Source: the human T2T-CHM13v2.0 reference genome, Homo sapiens. Taken from it: a stretch of 64,000 bases of DNA. Positions 26,239-40,215 of this stretch are shown here, one piece after another (position 1 is the stretch's first letter; each line of letters opens with the position of its first letter). Below the pieces are notes generated by a model. That model worked only from the letters and a program-made list of their open reading frames with translations, was not told the origin of the DNA and ran no database searches. The translations under genes and the position numbers were made by a program. The stretch lies in the NCBI RefSeq assembly GCF_009914755.1, contig NC_060942.1, one strand, 5' to 3'.

Positions 26239-26390
26239 GAGATATAAAGAAGAAGAACTTTTTTATTTATATGAATTGAATGCAATAAATATCTCTGGAA
26301 TATAACTTATACAATAATTCTTAGTTAACACTTAAAGAAACAGAGCCTGTTTTGAATAAAAGCATAATGCTGAATAAAATATATAATACA
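26239..26390 (+). pseudogene. Possible pseudo-exon (RA end/linker)
   Basis: Strong acceptor TTTTCTTTACAG and donor GTAAGA; phases 0/2 fit the neighbours; many stops. Confidence 0.3.
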
Positions 26391-26509
26391 GTAAGAGCAG
26401 ATTACAGGGAATGACAGGAAAGAAAAAATCATGATAGAGACAAAGTAAAACAAAGTCATAGCTGGGCGTTAAACACAAAATCAATCATTTCAGTGTGGAT
26501 TTGAAGAAT

Positions 26510-28385
26510 TCTGCTTCTGACCAGCATGAAATAATATGGACCAGAATTACTCTCTTACCTGAAGGAACTAAATAAACAACATAGTTGGAAATCAGTCAAT
26601 GCAAGACAGCGATCCTTGAAAGAAGATCAACAAATGAGACAAGCCCTACAATTTTTCAGGTTACTGCAGGAGGTTTCCTGTTCACCAGGAGGATAATGTA
26701 GAGGAAGCCTGGCCACCTTCCTAAATGGAAGAGATGGAGTTGGGATCACAGAGCAGATAAGGTGCCTGGACTTCTTAGGGTAGGGTACCAGGGAGAAGGG
26801 AGTTTCCCAATGAAACAGAGAGGTCTAGAGATTTATAGAGTACACCACTGGTGGTTAGTTTTAGGTGTCAAACTGACCAGGTTAAGTAATACCTAGAGAA
26901 CTGGTGAAGCATTGTTTCTGGGGGTGTCTGTGAGGGTGTTTCCAGAGAAAACTGCTGTGAGTTGGTGAACCGAGTGGGGAAAATCCAACATTGATGTTGC
27001 TGGACCCTGTCCATTTGGTCAGGGGCCCTGATAGAACAAAGAGGCAGTGGAAAGGCAATTTCCTTTCTGTATTAGTCCATTTTCATGCTGCTGATAAATA
27101 CATACCCGAGACAGGGCAATTTACAAAAGAAAGAGGTTTCATAACTCCATGTGACTTGTGAAGCCTCATAACCATGGTGGAAGGCAAAGAGGAGCAAGTC
27201 ATAGCTTACATGGATGGCTGCAGGCAAAAGGGGAGAGAGCTTGTGCAAGAGAACTTCTCTTTTTAAAACCATCGGATCTCATGAGGCTTATTCACTATCA
27301 CGAAAGTAGCATGGGAAAGACTTTCCCCCATGACTCAATTAGCACCCACCGGGTCCCTCCCACAAACACGTGGGAATTCAAGATGAGACGTGGGTGGGGA
27401 CACAGCCAAACCATATCGGCCCTAGGTTGGAGGTTGATAAAATCCTACAAAACAAAGCTTAAAAGCAAGCCTCAAAAAAAATCAAACTGTTTTTAAGTAA
27501 GTTGAATTCCAGAACAAAGTTCAAGATTATTTATTTAACAGTACCCAACAACCAAGCAAGGAACAAATTCACAATAGTTGTAATCTAATGAAAATTACTA
27601 GGCATGCAAAGAAACAAACAAACAAAAAACAACAAAAACACGATTTATACATAGAGGGAAAAATCAATCACTGAACTATGATATGAATGATAGAATAATA
27701 AAGGCATTATAATAGTGTTCATACCCTATTCCTTAGGCTAAGAAGTGAAAAGAAAAGTTGAGCATGTAGAGACATGAAAGATAAAAAACAAACAAACAAA
27801 CAAAAATGCCCAATCAAAATACTAGAGATAAAAAAAAAGATAAAACACAGGACATAAATGAAAAGTGCACTGGGCAGAATTAACAGCTGATTAGATGTTA
27901 TAACAGAAAACATTTGTGAACTCAAAAAAAGAAAAAAATTGCAAACAAACAAAACAAAACTCAGAAAAACATTTAAAAATTCTACCATTAAAAGAGATAA
28001 TAAAATCCTCAAAAGGTGCTAAGGAACATAGCGTCAGGCTTGAATATCCCGATATGCATGTAACTGGAATCCTTAAAAGAGAAATAAAATTGGAGGGAAA
28101 GTCAGAAAAAATCCTAAAGGTTTATGCACCTCTAAAAAAGAGGTTTAATATACAGGAAGCAAACACTTGCAGAAGTGTGAAGAGTAATAGACACATCCTC
28201 AGTTATTATTGATGATTTCCACACCCTTCCCTCCATGTTCTATAGAAATAGTAAGCAGTAAATCAGTTAAGGATACGCAAGGCTTGTACAAAAATAACAA
28301 CCAACCAACAGGGCTTAATTGGCATGATGAAACACTCAGTCCAACAACAGCGGAATGTACTTTCTGCCTCCAAATGCCTTTATGA
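26510..28385 (+). mobile_element. Old L1M 5' UTR/ORF1/endonuclease remnants with nested partial MLT2 (26849-27067)
   Basis: L1M 5' motif (caaatgagacaagccctacaat), ORF1-like A-rich segment, EN-region motif ccaacaacagcggaatgtactttct. Confidence 0.65.
27068..27418 (-). mobile_element. THE1B solo LTR without TSD
   Basis: tgtattagtccattttcatgctgctgata..ggggacacagccaaaccatatc. Confidence 0.92.
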
Positions 28386-28619
28386 CTGCATTGTTCAGAA
28401 TAGAGGAAGAATAGTGAAGGGAAGGGAAAAGAGAGGTCCCCGTGGATATTTAGCTGATAGAAGAGCAATGGATTCAAAATTGTAGTCACCCTTGGCAGTC
28501 CTGAATTTTAAGCACTTGATTGACCAGAAACCCAAAATTTGCATAACAAATTACCTTTTACCTCTTGCCTGATTTACTGCAAAAGTCATTAAATGGTTAT
28601 CCATGTCTCTAGAATTGGC

Positions 28620-29150
28620 CCCCTCAGATTTATTTTCCCTTTCTACTGCCAGAGTGATAATTCTACAGTGTAAATCAGATCATTTGTATCATTTCTTTTC
28701 TTAAAACTCATCGATGGATCACTGTTGCATTTAATACAAATTTCTTAGCATGATTTTAAAGGTCTTCTCCTACTGTTTCCATTTCATATTTGAGTTTCAC
28801 TATTTAATCATAATTATTTCATGTAGTGGGACTTGCTGTTCCTTTTTCCTGGCATATTTTCCGTTGTTCCTGCTATCATTCATATAAACTTGTCTCTCAA
28901 ATATTAATACCTCTAGTAAATTGTTCTTGATACCAAATTTGGGTTATGTGGCCCTCCTATGTTCTTCCATAGCACCTACTAATAATAAACTAGTAATTTA
29001 CCACATTATAGACTAGTTAATCCTTATATGGTAATTACCTGTTTCTTCATTTGTCTTCCCCAGTAAAGTGTAAATGCCTAGAAGTTAAAGATTTCACCTT
29101 CTTGATCAGGGCACACTAAGCTTCAGTCCAGGTGGTAGGCACAAAGTTGA
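28620..29150 (+). mobile_element. L2
   Basis: actgccagagtgat..aaatcagatcat..; tgtcttccccagtaaagtgtaa. Confidence 0.6.
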
Positions 29151-29165
29151 TGGTGAATTTGGGGG

Positions 29166-29830
29166 TGTATTTTAGCTATGACCATGAAAACTCCAAGATC
29201 CTTTTTCTGATTGAGGCGAAAAAGCAGTTCATCTGGACAAACAGGCGTGTCTTTAATACACAAAGCATACCTCCATGAATATCAGGAACTGCCCACATAT
29301 TTCTAGAGACTGTCGACTGAAAAAGTCTCTCTGGGGTCTGCGAAGGTTGAGGGAAGCAGGATTTTCGCAATGACTTTTAAAGAAGACTATTCACATTTTT
29401 CTCTTGTCCAACGTGGCCCTAAATTTTCCCTCAGCTTCATTAAACATAGACACATTTTCCTGCCTCTGCGCCTCTGATCTCCCGCTCACCAGCCCTTACA
29501 GAATCCAGGTGAACCCCCATAGGCCTTTTCTTTCCGTTTACTTTTCTTAGAGCATTTATTTCCAAAAACTTGTAATTCTAAATTTTTTATCTGCTCCTCT
29601 GAGATGTAAATACTTTTAAAAGCTTCATGACTGTTTCACAAACCAGAAATATTTTTCTCAAGGGCTTGGGAACCATCCCTTTGAAATGTAATCAAGGAAT
29701 AAAGGATAGGATTGCCCTATCTCCCAATCTCTTTGGGATGGTAGGAACCTAACTTCAGGGGGGAGTACCTTGCTTCATGCAGATATGAGAAAGATTACTT
29801 GCTAAAAATCACATGAAATAATGCAATGAT
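29166..29830 (+). mobile_element. ERV1 LTR, MER34/MER39 group
   Basis: aaaacttgtaatt..tgagatgtaaat..ctcaagggcttgggaaccatcc..tttgaaatgtaatca..ccctatctcccaatctct..aggaacctaacttc. Confidence 0.65.
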
Positions 29831-29837
29831 GCCCCGA

Positions 29838-29929
29838 ATATATATGTGTGTGTGTATACATATATATATATACACACATATGTATATATATGAATATATG
29901 TATGTATATGTGTATATATGTGTGTGTAT

Positions 29930-29964
<35 letters not shown>

Positions 29965-29980
29965 TAGATATAGATATATC
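29838..29980. repeat. Compound TA/TG and (TAGA)8 microsatellite
   Basis: Direct reading. Confidence 0.95.
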
Positions 29981-30224
29981 ACTTACCAGATGAAGATAAA
30001 ACTAAGGAATCTCCCATATATCATTTGTAGCTTATCCTAGTAGAAATTCTCTTAGCTACAGGGGAGATAAGTTATCTCCTGAGGGAGGGTCAGTTTCCTA
30101 TCTGGCTAGGAAATTCTCACATAAACACAAGAGTCGAAGGCAGAAAGGGAACACAATATTAACAATAAACAAATACATATGTCACTGGGTTGCTCTGAAT
30201 AAGAAATAAGAAAGAGGTGATCTT

Positions 30225-30643
<419 letters not shown>

Positions 30644-30803
30644 TCAAATCAATATAAACGTTTTAGCCCCTTTCTTTAGCTTTACATTTCTACAAGCCTG
30701 CAGAACTTTACAAATAATTATTTAAAATTCAGAAGGGAAAACTTAGAAAGGCTATTTGGTCCCCTCAGCCTTTAACTTTCTTGCCAAATTTGCCTATATT
30801 CAG

Positions 30804-30980
30804 GTTTAACATTCCTCAGCTAAAAATTCTTTGCCCGGGAGTGATCCTTATACATGAAGCAGGTGTAACTACAATTTCTCAGGGAAATGCTTCATAAAAC
30901 CAGAGAATCGGTACATGAATTTGCAGTGAGAAGTGAACCGGTTATGCTGCTGAATTCATTCCTCATCTACAAGCTATAAA
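30804..30980 (+). pseudogene. Possible pseudo-exon (PH-like)
   Basis: TATTCAG acceptor; reads FNIPQLKILCPGVILIHEAG and, in another frame, KTRESVHEFAVRSE. The 3' end is not defined. Confidence 0.3.
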
Positions 30981-33900
30981 AATCATATATGGAAATCATG
31001 TGGCCTCATTTCAGGGAGGAAAGATTAAGAACAATAAAAATTAGTTGTGAAAAATAGATGTTTAATGTCATCAAGATTAAAAGAGATAATGTGTTTATTC
31101 ATTCTTCTTACATAAAAGATTAAAACTCACAAACACAGAAGGGCAGATATTTTATCCTGAACCTCTGTGGATGGGCATTGTTAGTATTTTGCTTCTCTCA
31201 CTCAACTTTTTAGATATATTCATGGATTGCAAGCACCATCAGTGACTGATATATTCATATTTAGATGTTAATTAGAATCTATGAGGCAACTGTCACACCT
31301 TCCTGGCAAACTCAAGCAGATTTAATTGCTTATGTCGTTGTTGTTGTTGTTTTTTCCATTAAGGTAATGTTGCATATTACTTTGAAATTACATTTTTCTA
31401 AATTTATACTTTCTATCTCAAACTGCAATCCCATCACCCTCTTTTCTAAGGCCATAGAGGATACCTCTTCACATCTGTAAGTGCTGATATTAAATTCCTC
31501 TATAACAAGAGCCTTGATGTTTAAAAGAAAACTATTGATTCATTTTCTGAGAAATTAAACAAGTTTTTCTGTCTATCCTTTGAGAAGACTTTGGATAAAA
31601 CATCAAGTGCCCTTTCATTTTAAGAAACAGTGCGTGTTTAGGAAATGACAAGTTCCTAAACATATGATTTTCAAGCTCCGGCACCATTTAAAAAGTAAGT
31701 CAATATCCTGCTCACACACACTTATATTTGTCTAGCTTTATTAACCTCTAAGCTTATATTCACATTGCAGCTTAGATTTTTTATTAGCACCATGCTCTAA
31801 CACTGATCTAACCGGCTGCTTTGGTGCAGCTTAGATTATTTAAACTCTTCTTCTGTGGATTCAGACAGGAGATGTAAGAAGCATACATTAAAAATACCCA
31901 ACTCTATGTAAATCAGCAGAAGTAAAGCAATGAAGAAGAGGCTTGAATAGAAGCTTTAGATTGGATATGCACTCCAGAGATGCACAGTTACCATGGTGAT
32001 AAGAGCTAGATAAATAACAGAAAAACTGACAGACAAATGGACAAAATAAGATCTTATTTCTAAATTCACACCTTATATGATTGACTATTTTTTGATGAGC
32101 AATGTTTATTTGTACCAAGGGAAATACAACATTAAAGAAGACATTTAAAATTCATCAGCATTTCAAAATAATCACTTAATTTATTATAAGTGAAAAAGTA
32201 CATGCTTTGGCCCATTGCTGTCATTTTTCTGTTTGTGGCATAATCTCAGACACATACAGAAACAAGCAATGTTAATAACCATGTGTGTAGAGGAGAGATT
32301 TGTACCAGCCTTGCCGAGGAGGCATGGAGTGGCCTAGGCCTTTCTGCCACTGTTTTAGAGCTCAGAGCCTGCTTAGGAAATGCTCCCCACTTGCAAAGAC
32401 CTCTCAGTTCATCACTTCTGCTTAAGAATTTCATTCTGCATCATTGACATCCTCAAAAAAAAACTGGAATTTCAAAGATTTCTCCAAGTTTTATGTTGCT
32501 AAAAGTGCATACCAAAATTCAATTTTAGATGATGGTATCTTCTTGTTTAGAGAAACAGATGCCCCCAAACAACCCTACATGCTCTATTTGGTTATCAAAA
32601 AACAGACATGGATTTCAGTGTGAGGGAACAGAGGTCCTCAGAAACATGGTGGGCTGAGTTACTGAGCGGGGGCTCATCCCTAAGGAGCTCTCAGGATGTG
32701 CATAGCTGCTATCTGGTACTTATATTTACTACCCTTCCACTTGATAAAATTATCTTATATCACCCTCACGCTACAGCAAAGCCTGTTAAATCAACTCACC
32801 CTTTTGTAAAGTATTTTGGGGGTTCAGAAGCAAATGTTGGCTTCTTTAAAGTAGAAAAGAAGCAGTGAGAATAGCATAAAGAATTAGGGACAAAAGAACC
32901 ACAAGAATGACAGAGAAGTTGAGACCTTCAGCCAAATGGAGAAGTCAATGAGATGTTCATGTAGATGTGGGAGAGGATTGAACTCCTCTCAGTTATACAG
33001 ACTATGAGCTGGCATTATTGTTTCTTGAATATAAAAGGAAATAATGGCCCTTCCTAAGACAGATTACTGATGTTATATACTTACTTTACATGTGAAGGGC
33101 AGCTGTGTTACACAGGTGAAAAAAAAAATTCAGCTTTGCTTAATTTCTTTTAAAAAGCTGGAAACATGTCTCAGTGACAGATTTAGATTTTAAAGACATG
33201 GATGTTTGAATGCATAATACATAATACATATATAGTTTAAATTTATAATTTTAGATAGTACTCTAGGAGCTAGCAAGCATGGTTTGATACAGATACCTCA
33301 ATAGGAAGTTTGTAATAGCAGGTGACAATTTTGAAGAAGATAGCTTTAAGATATTTCTGTTAAATAATCTTCCAAAAACTCTACTGGCATCTTATTTTCT
33401 AAAGGAATTACTCTGGTCACCTGTTATCAAATCAAGAGTTTAATGAAATTATTAAATAGTATACCACTTAATTTTAAGAATGATTTGAAAAAACATACGA
33501 TATTGCCAAAATGTGAGTTTCTTTTCTTTTTCTTTTTTTTAATTTAAAATAAAGATCTATATAACAGATGTTTCTTTGAGTTACTGTAGGCAGAGATTCA
33601 AAGATCTCAGCCTTGCCATCAAGGCAAATACAGTCCTTGCCATCAAGAAGTTTAGAGTTGTCCTATATGATGAGTGAGCTGGAAGAGTGATCATGGAGAA
33701 AAGGGAAACACAAATTACTGTATTAAAAGCAGAGTATGCTAAATGCAGAGTATCCTAAGACTCAAAAGTGATGATATCTTATTAGAAACCCAAGGAAGAA
33801 GATATTAAATCTGCTTGTGGCATAGAAGAAGCTGTCAGGGTACAGTTTCAGCTATTATGCTATAGCATTGCTACAATCAATTTCAAATCACAAATAATTA

Positions 33901-35165
33901 AAAACAAAGGTCGGATCATCATGTCTGGGGACATTTTTTAGTAGTCAAAAAGTATCTTTGAGCTTTCCTTATTAAAAAAAATTCAGAAAATCAACGAAAA
34001 ATTAAAATGTTTAGGAATCCTTTCATGAATTTCAAGTCTTTCCAGTACACGGAATTTAAAGTAATCTGTAATTGAATATCTGAGTGACTAGATGCATAGC
34101 AGACACATAGCAGTCATCGTCTCTGGAGGAGGGAGGAGACACCCCGTTGACTCCATAGCCTGCTTCCACACCAGACAATTCAGGACTAGGATGGCACACC
34201 AGCTGAAACCACCAAATCAATACGCATCCAGTGACTTTGAAAACTTGTGTTCCTTTGAGTGTCATGCAGTCTATGTATACTATCACTCTTTCTCATTTCT
34301 CTATTATATTCATTTCAATTATCATATCACTCAAACATATGGATTGAAGACCTTTGAAAAATATCTGTCATCATCTTGAAAGATTTCATCACTGATGTGG
34401 CACACACACTTAGAATACTGAATCTAAGAACATTTGGTCTTTGCTCATCGAGGACTTTCTGGTTCTGAAAACATTCCCTGCCAAATAGTGGGTGTAAAGT
34501 AAGCACATAGTAAAGTGTTGTCAATTAATCAATTAATATGTGATCAAGACTTCTGCTTCTCTTTTAGGGTCATACATAGCTTACTGTCATTTGAAACTGC
34601 TCAACCTTATACACCAAAAAGTTATTTGTTTGTTTCTTTCATTTAGCTTTCTGGCACTATTTCTTGCCAGGGTTATTTTCTCAAGCAATGCCTGATACAC
34701 ATGCCAGATCTTTGAACCTTCATAGACACCTTTCACTTTTGTATTTGTCTGTTTTTAAAAATTTATGTTTCTTCCTAATCTCATTTCCTTCAGAATTCAG
34801 CCTTTGGTCTAGAAAAAAGGAAGAAAATTAGCAAAATATTTAAATGCTTTTCTTCTGCGGCACCCACTCAGCAAAGAGCCAGACCCAGCTGCAATCTTTA
34901 AATCTATAATCTAAGTAGATTGAACCATAAGCTGGTTCAATATATGATAATGAATCATTATATGTTGTCTCTCTCACTTAATGGCACTGCCCCGTCAGCT
35001 AAACCTCCAAGAAAACAGGAATCTTGTTTCGGGGCCTGTTATATAACATTTCCGAAAATCTTTTCCCTTGAAGTGCATGTTTTCATTCTTGTAGTTCTGA
35101 AAATCAGTTCTTAATAGAACCAGCCAAGTAATCTAGAACACAAAGCTAACCATGCCATTTTCCTT

Positions 35166-35167
<2 letters not shown>

Positions 35168-35209
<42 letters not shown>
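35168..35209. repeat. (AC)21 microsatellite within an L2 remnant
   Basis: Direct reading. Confidence 0.95.
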
Positions 35210-35211
<2 letters not shown>

Positions 35212-35998
35212 CTTACTCGTCACTGTCTTGTACAGGATAAATGGCAAACCACTCAACATGTTATATGAATCCCTTCTACTCCCCCGGAATCAACTCTAGC
35301 CCTTTTGTGCCTGCAGTTTGTACATCATCTAGTTGTAGTCCAGACACCTCACAACATTTGGTGTATTGTTGCTAGGATGACCATCCTATCCACTCTTCTC
35401 TCATATTCATCTTGAGGTTTCCTATTACTCTATAAAATGAACGTGAGTGTTCTCCAGGAAGTCTGCCCAGGTTTCTCTCCTTCTCCAGGTTCCTTCTGCA
35501 TTTCAAAGGCTCTATGCTTTTACAGTTTTAGTTTTTTCAGAAAGTTAGTTCATGTTTCTTTTTCCATTAGAATTGAATGAGAATCTATTTTATACAGTTC
35601 TGTAAATGCAGAATTTCACACACTACTCACCATTTAGTACAGTTCTGATAAAAGTAATCACTAACTCAGTTTACCAAGGTAAATAAGTAACATAAATACC
35701 TCATTCCCAAAGTTCAATTCGTCATCACATTGTATCCATTCTATTTTTTAAAAGCAATTTTTCAAACTCTGCATTTTCTTCTCCATGCCCTCATGTAACT
35801 ATACTAATACATAATCTCAAAATATTTTATCTGAAAAACTACAAATTCAATTCATTCTCTCATTTTTATAATATTAGCAATTAAACTGAATCACATTACA
35901 TGGTATAAATTTTCTAAAACATTTTAATGATTCTCAAGTCTTTCCTAGATTTGGTCAAATCCTCTAATTACATTTTAAATATATCTTTTTTTCTATCC

Positions 35999-36334
35999 TG
36001 ATATGGTTTGGCTGTGTCCCCGCCCAAGTCTCATCTTGTTGTGGCAGGTACCTGGTGGGAGGTAACTGAATCATGAGGGTGGGTCTTTCATGTGCTGTTC
36101 TTATGATAGTGAGTAAGTCTCATGAGATCTGATGGTTTTATAAAGGGGAGTTCCCCTACACAAGCTCTCTTGCCTGCCGCCATGTAAGATGTGACTTTGC
36201 TCCTCGTTCACCTTCCACCGTGACTGTGAGGCCTCCCCAGCCATATGGAACTGTGAGTCCATTAAACCTATTTCCTTTTAAATTACCCAGTCTCGGGTAC
36301 ATCTTTATTAACAGCGTGAGAAAGGACTAATACA
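35999..36334 (+). mobile_element. THE1C/D solo LTR
   Basis: tgatatggtttggctgtgtcccc..gactaataca; TSD tatcc on both sides. Confidence 0.93.
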
Positions 36335-36756
36335 TATCCCTTGTGCAATTCCCTAGTCCCCTCCTTTGTGAATCTTCTTGTTCACTTTCTATGGCTATCA
36401 TGTTAAACAGAAGGTTTGTCAATTCCTCTTTGTGGATATGCCTTCATGCATGTTATTCCCTTTGACTGGATTATGCTACAAAATTGCCATGACACTTTAG
36501 AAAACCACTCAATCCTCAAAGTCCAATAAAACATTTCTGTCATCAAGAAGACAACTATCAATTTATTTATTTCTTCTTCGTATTCCGCTTAGGCCTTGTT
36601 AACATTCCCACAGTTATGGTACTGCAGGGAAGGCCAAAGATTTGTTTCCCTATTAATCTGTGAGCTCCTGGAAGGGAGTGAGCCTGTGTTGTCTTTAAGA
36701 CCTAACATGGTCTGACAGAAACGGTATGCACTCAATATGGATGGGATTATACTGAA

Positions 36757-38690
36757 TGGTGTAGTCAGGGTTCTCCAGAGAAACAGAGTTGACAGGATAT
36801 ATACACAGAGACATATATAGGAGGGGATTTATTAGGGGAACTGCCCCATAGCATGATGGAAGCTGAGAAGTCCCACATTAGGTCGTTTACAAACTGGAGA
36901 CAAAGAAGCCAGGAGTGTGGCTGAGTCCAACTCCAAAGGCTTCAGAACTAAGGGAGAAGATGGAATTAAAGGCTGAAGGCTTGAGAGAGTGGAGCTGGGT
37001 TGGGAGCAGTTGGTCCCTGGAAAGAGCCCTGGAATCCAAAATCTGGAGAACCTGCGGTTCTGATATCCAAGGGCTAGGAGAAGAAGGGTGTTCTGGCTCC
37101 AGAAGAAAGAGAACAAGAGTTCACTTTCCCGGAGTGAGGTGATATCTTACTGTGGTTTTGACTTCTTTGATGATTAGAGATGTTTAGCATTTTTATATAC
37201 CTGTTGGCCATTTGTATGTCTTCTTTTTAGAAAAGTCTATTCATATATTTTGCCATTTTTAATTAAATTATTATTTTTTCTTGCTATAAAGGTGATTATG
37301 TTCTTTACATATTCTGGCTATTATTCCCTTGTCAAGTGAGTAGTTTGCAAATATCTTCTCCCATGCTGTGGGTTGTCTCTTCACTTTGTTGATTATTTGC
37401 TGTACAGAAGCTTTCCAGGTTGATGGGATCCCATTTGTCCATTTTTGCTTTGGGTGCCTGGTGCTTCTGAGGTTTTACTCAAGAAACTTTTGTCATCTCG
37501 CCCCAGTTTAAAATGTCTTTTATCAAAAAGACAGGGAATAATGGATGCTGGCGAGAATGTGGAGGAAGTGGAGACTTCAGACGCTGTTGGTGGGAACGTA
37601 AACACAAAATAGTTGGTGTACCACCACAGTAGTACAGCCACGATGAAGGACAGTATGGACGTTCCTCAAAAAACTAAAATTAGAACTAGTATATAATCCA
37701 GCAATCCCACTGCTGGGCATATACCCAAAACAAAGAAAATCGGTATATCAAAAAAAATCTGCCCTCCTCTGTTTATTTTAGCACTATTCACAATAGCCAA
37801 GATATGGGATCAACTTAAGCGTCCATCAACAGATGAATGGATAAAGAGAATGTGGTATATATACACAAAGGAATAATATTCAGCCATAAAAATTAAGAAA
37901 ATCTGTCATTTGCAACAACATTGAGGAACTGGAGGACATTATGTTAAGTGAAATAAGCCAGGCACAGAAAGACAAATGTCACATGTTTTCGTTCACTTGT
38001 GGGAGCTAAATAACTTTATCTCATGGAGACAGAGCTTAAGGTGATGGTTACAAGAGCCTGGGAAGGGTAGTGAGGAGGTGGAGACAATATAGAGCGATTG
38101 TTAACAGGCATGAAAATACAGTTAGTAGCACAACAGAGTGACTATAGTCATCAACGATTTATTATATATTTCAAAATAAGTAGAGGAATGGAATTAGAAT
38201 GTTCCAAATTCAAAGAAATGATAAATGCTTGAGGTGATGCATACCCCAATTACCCTGATTTGATCATTACACATTGTATGCTTGTATTAAAATATTACAT
38301 GTACTCCATAAATATGTACAACTGTTATTTATCAGTGTATCAGTAAAAAAGAATTCACTCTTCCTTCTTTTTTTTTTTTTGTTCCATCCAGGTTCCCATC
38401 CAATCACATGGCACCAGCCCACATTGAGAGAAGTTCTTCTCCACTCAGACTACTAGCTTCCCCACTGAGATCACCTCCAGAAATATCTTCACAGACACGC
38501 CCAGGGCAGTTTAATCATTCTAATCAAATGCCAAACCAACAAAGTTTCCCTTTCAGCAAATGATGAACAGGCTCACTCCCTGCTGAAACATTTAGAATAA
38601 CTATTGCAATAATTGAGAATAAATGATATTTTACCAGTTATCTGTGTATCCCTTAATCCAGTCGAGTTGACATCAGAATCAACCACCACA
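36757..38690 (-). mobile_element. MLT2C1-like solo LTR split by L1MA
   Basis: Both termini present; TSD ctgaa at 36752-36756 and 38691-38695. Confidence 0.88.
37131..38348 (+). mobile_element. 5'-inverted L1MA (MA3/4-like)
   Basis: Antisense 37131-~37494, sense ~37495-38348; diverged 16-bp TSD aagagttcactttccc / aagaattcactcttcc. Confidence 0.88.
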
Positions 38691-39764
38691 CTGAACTAAC
38701 TTGCATTTTTAGAAATTGCACTGTGGAATATTACTGGATGCCTGAGAAAATGACAGGTGCTTCTTTCTTTTACTTAATGCAAAATTCTATCTTAGAATTT
38801 ACCACATTGCCTTCACTAATTATTCATCCCTCAAGCTCAAGCACAGCGGTCTTGATCTATTCACACGTATCAGAGTGCTTTGCACATATTCAAAACTTAA
38901 TAGTCATTTATGAACTGACTGATTGAATAAATGAATAACTAAATGAATGAATAAAATTGAGTAAATTTAGCCAAAGAGAAAATAACTACGCAATGATATG
39001 TATGGGTTCAAACCAATTAAAGTATTATACATTCATTATCATTTCCTGAACTAGCAAGAAAATCTTATTTTATGCAGCCAGGTAAGGAACTATTTAATAA
39101 TTTTTAGTAACTTTCCAATGTTGGAACAAACAAATTAGAATTTTTTTTCTCCTAACCAATTTTATAATTTATTTTTAGCTTAAAACCTAAAGTTGAAGAT
39201 TTGGAAAATAACAAATATGATTTGATAATATATTCTTTATACTTTACAATACCTTAAAAACATTATATAAGCTCTTTCAATAGTGCCTAAGAATATCAAT
39301 AAAAGTAAATGCGCATGAAATTCCTAGTTTAATGGGTAGAGATAACACTTGATATGTATGTATTAGAATCTATGGACCTCCTATTCCCAGACCACCCTCA
39401 TGTTACAAGAGAACTCCAATTCTGTCCCTCACACTCTTCAGTAAGCTGTACATGAGGACTGAGATATTGAACAAATTGATCCGGTACCTTAATCAAGTAA
39501 CTATATGATTGGCACGTTACCAAGAAATGAAAATATAGTTGAGTTGGAACAAAACAGAACAGAAATAACATCTTAGAAATTGGACGCGAAGATTTACAAA
39601 GTGAGTATCCGCAATAAATGTAAGACAGAAAGCACCAATGGGGACAGCTGCGGGAGTCAACAGGTCACGTCCAGGAGGAGCAGTGAGACTGTTCATCAAG
39701 AATAAATGTTGCTCCTGCAATGAAACTGATATAAGAGGCATAATAAGATGAGAAGCAAACATAT

Positions 39765-40215
39765 TTATTTTTTAACAGCTATATATTGAGAAATAGTGCA
39801 CATACCATACAATTCAACCATTTGAAGTGTTCAATGCAATGTTTTTACTAAATTCACAGGTAGGTGTATTATCATCAAAATTAATGCTAGAATAGGATTT
39901 CCACCTGCAACAACAACAACAAAAAAAACTGTGTAACTTATATGTATCAACCCCTCTTCCCATCCCTAACCCCAGCTCACCATGACATCCATCCCTAAGC
40001 AACCACAAATCTACTTCCTGTCTTTATAGATTTGCCTATGCTGGACGTTTCATATGAATGGGACCATAGAATTATTGGTTCTAGTTCCATTTGACAGGTC
40101 AAAACATACACACACACATAAACACGAGAAAGAAGTTGAGTAAGTTTCTGAATGTCACAAAGCTTTTAACAGTGTCAGGATTTGAATGCAGGCAACTTGA
40201 CTCCAGATTTATGGC
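39765..40215 (-). mobile_element. L1MB 3' end (39765-40080) followed by MIR (40080-40215)
   Basis: gcaaccacaaatctacttcctgtctttatagatttgcctat; caggatttgaatgcaggcaacttgactccaga. Confidence 0.75.
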
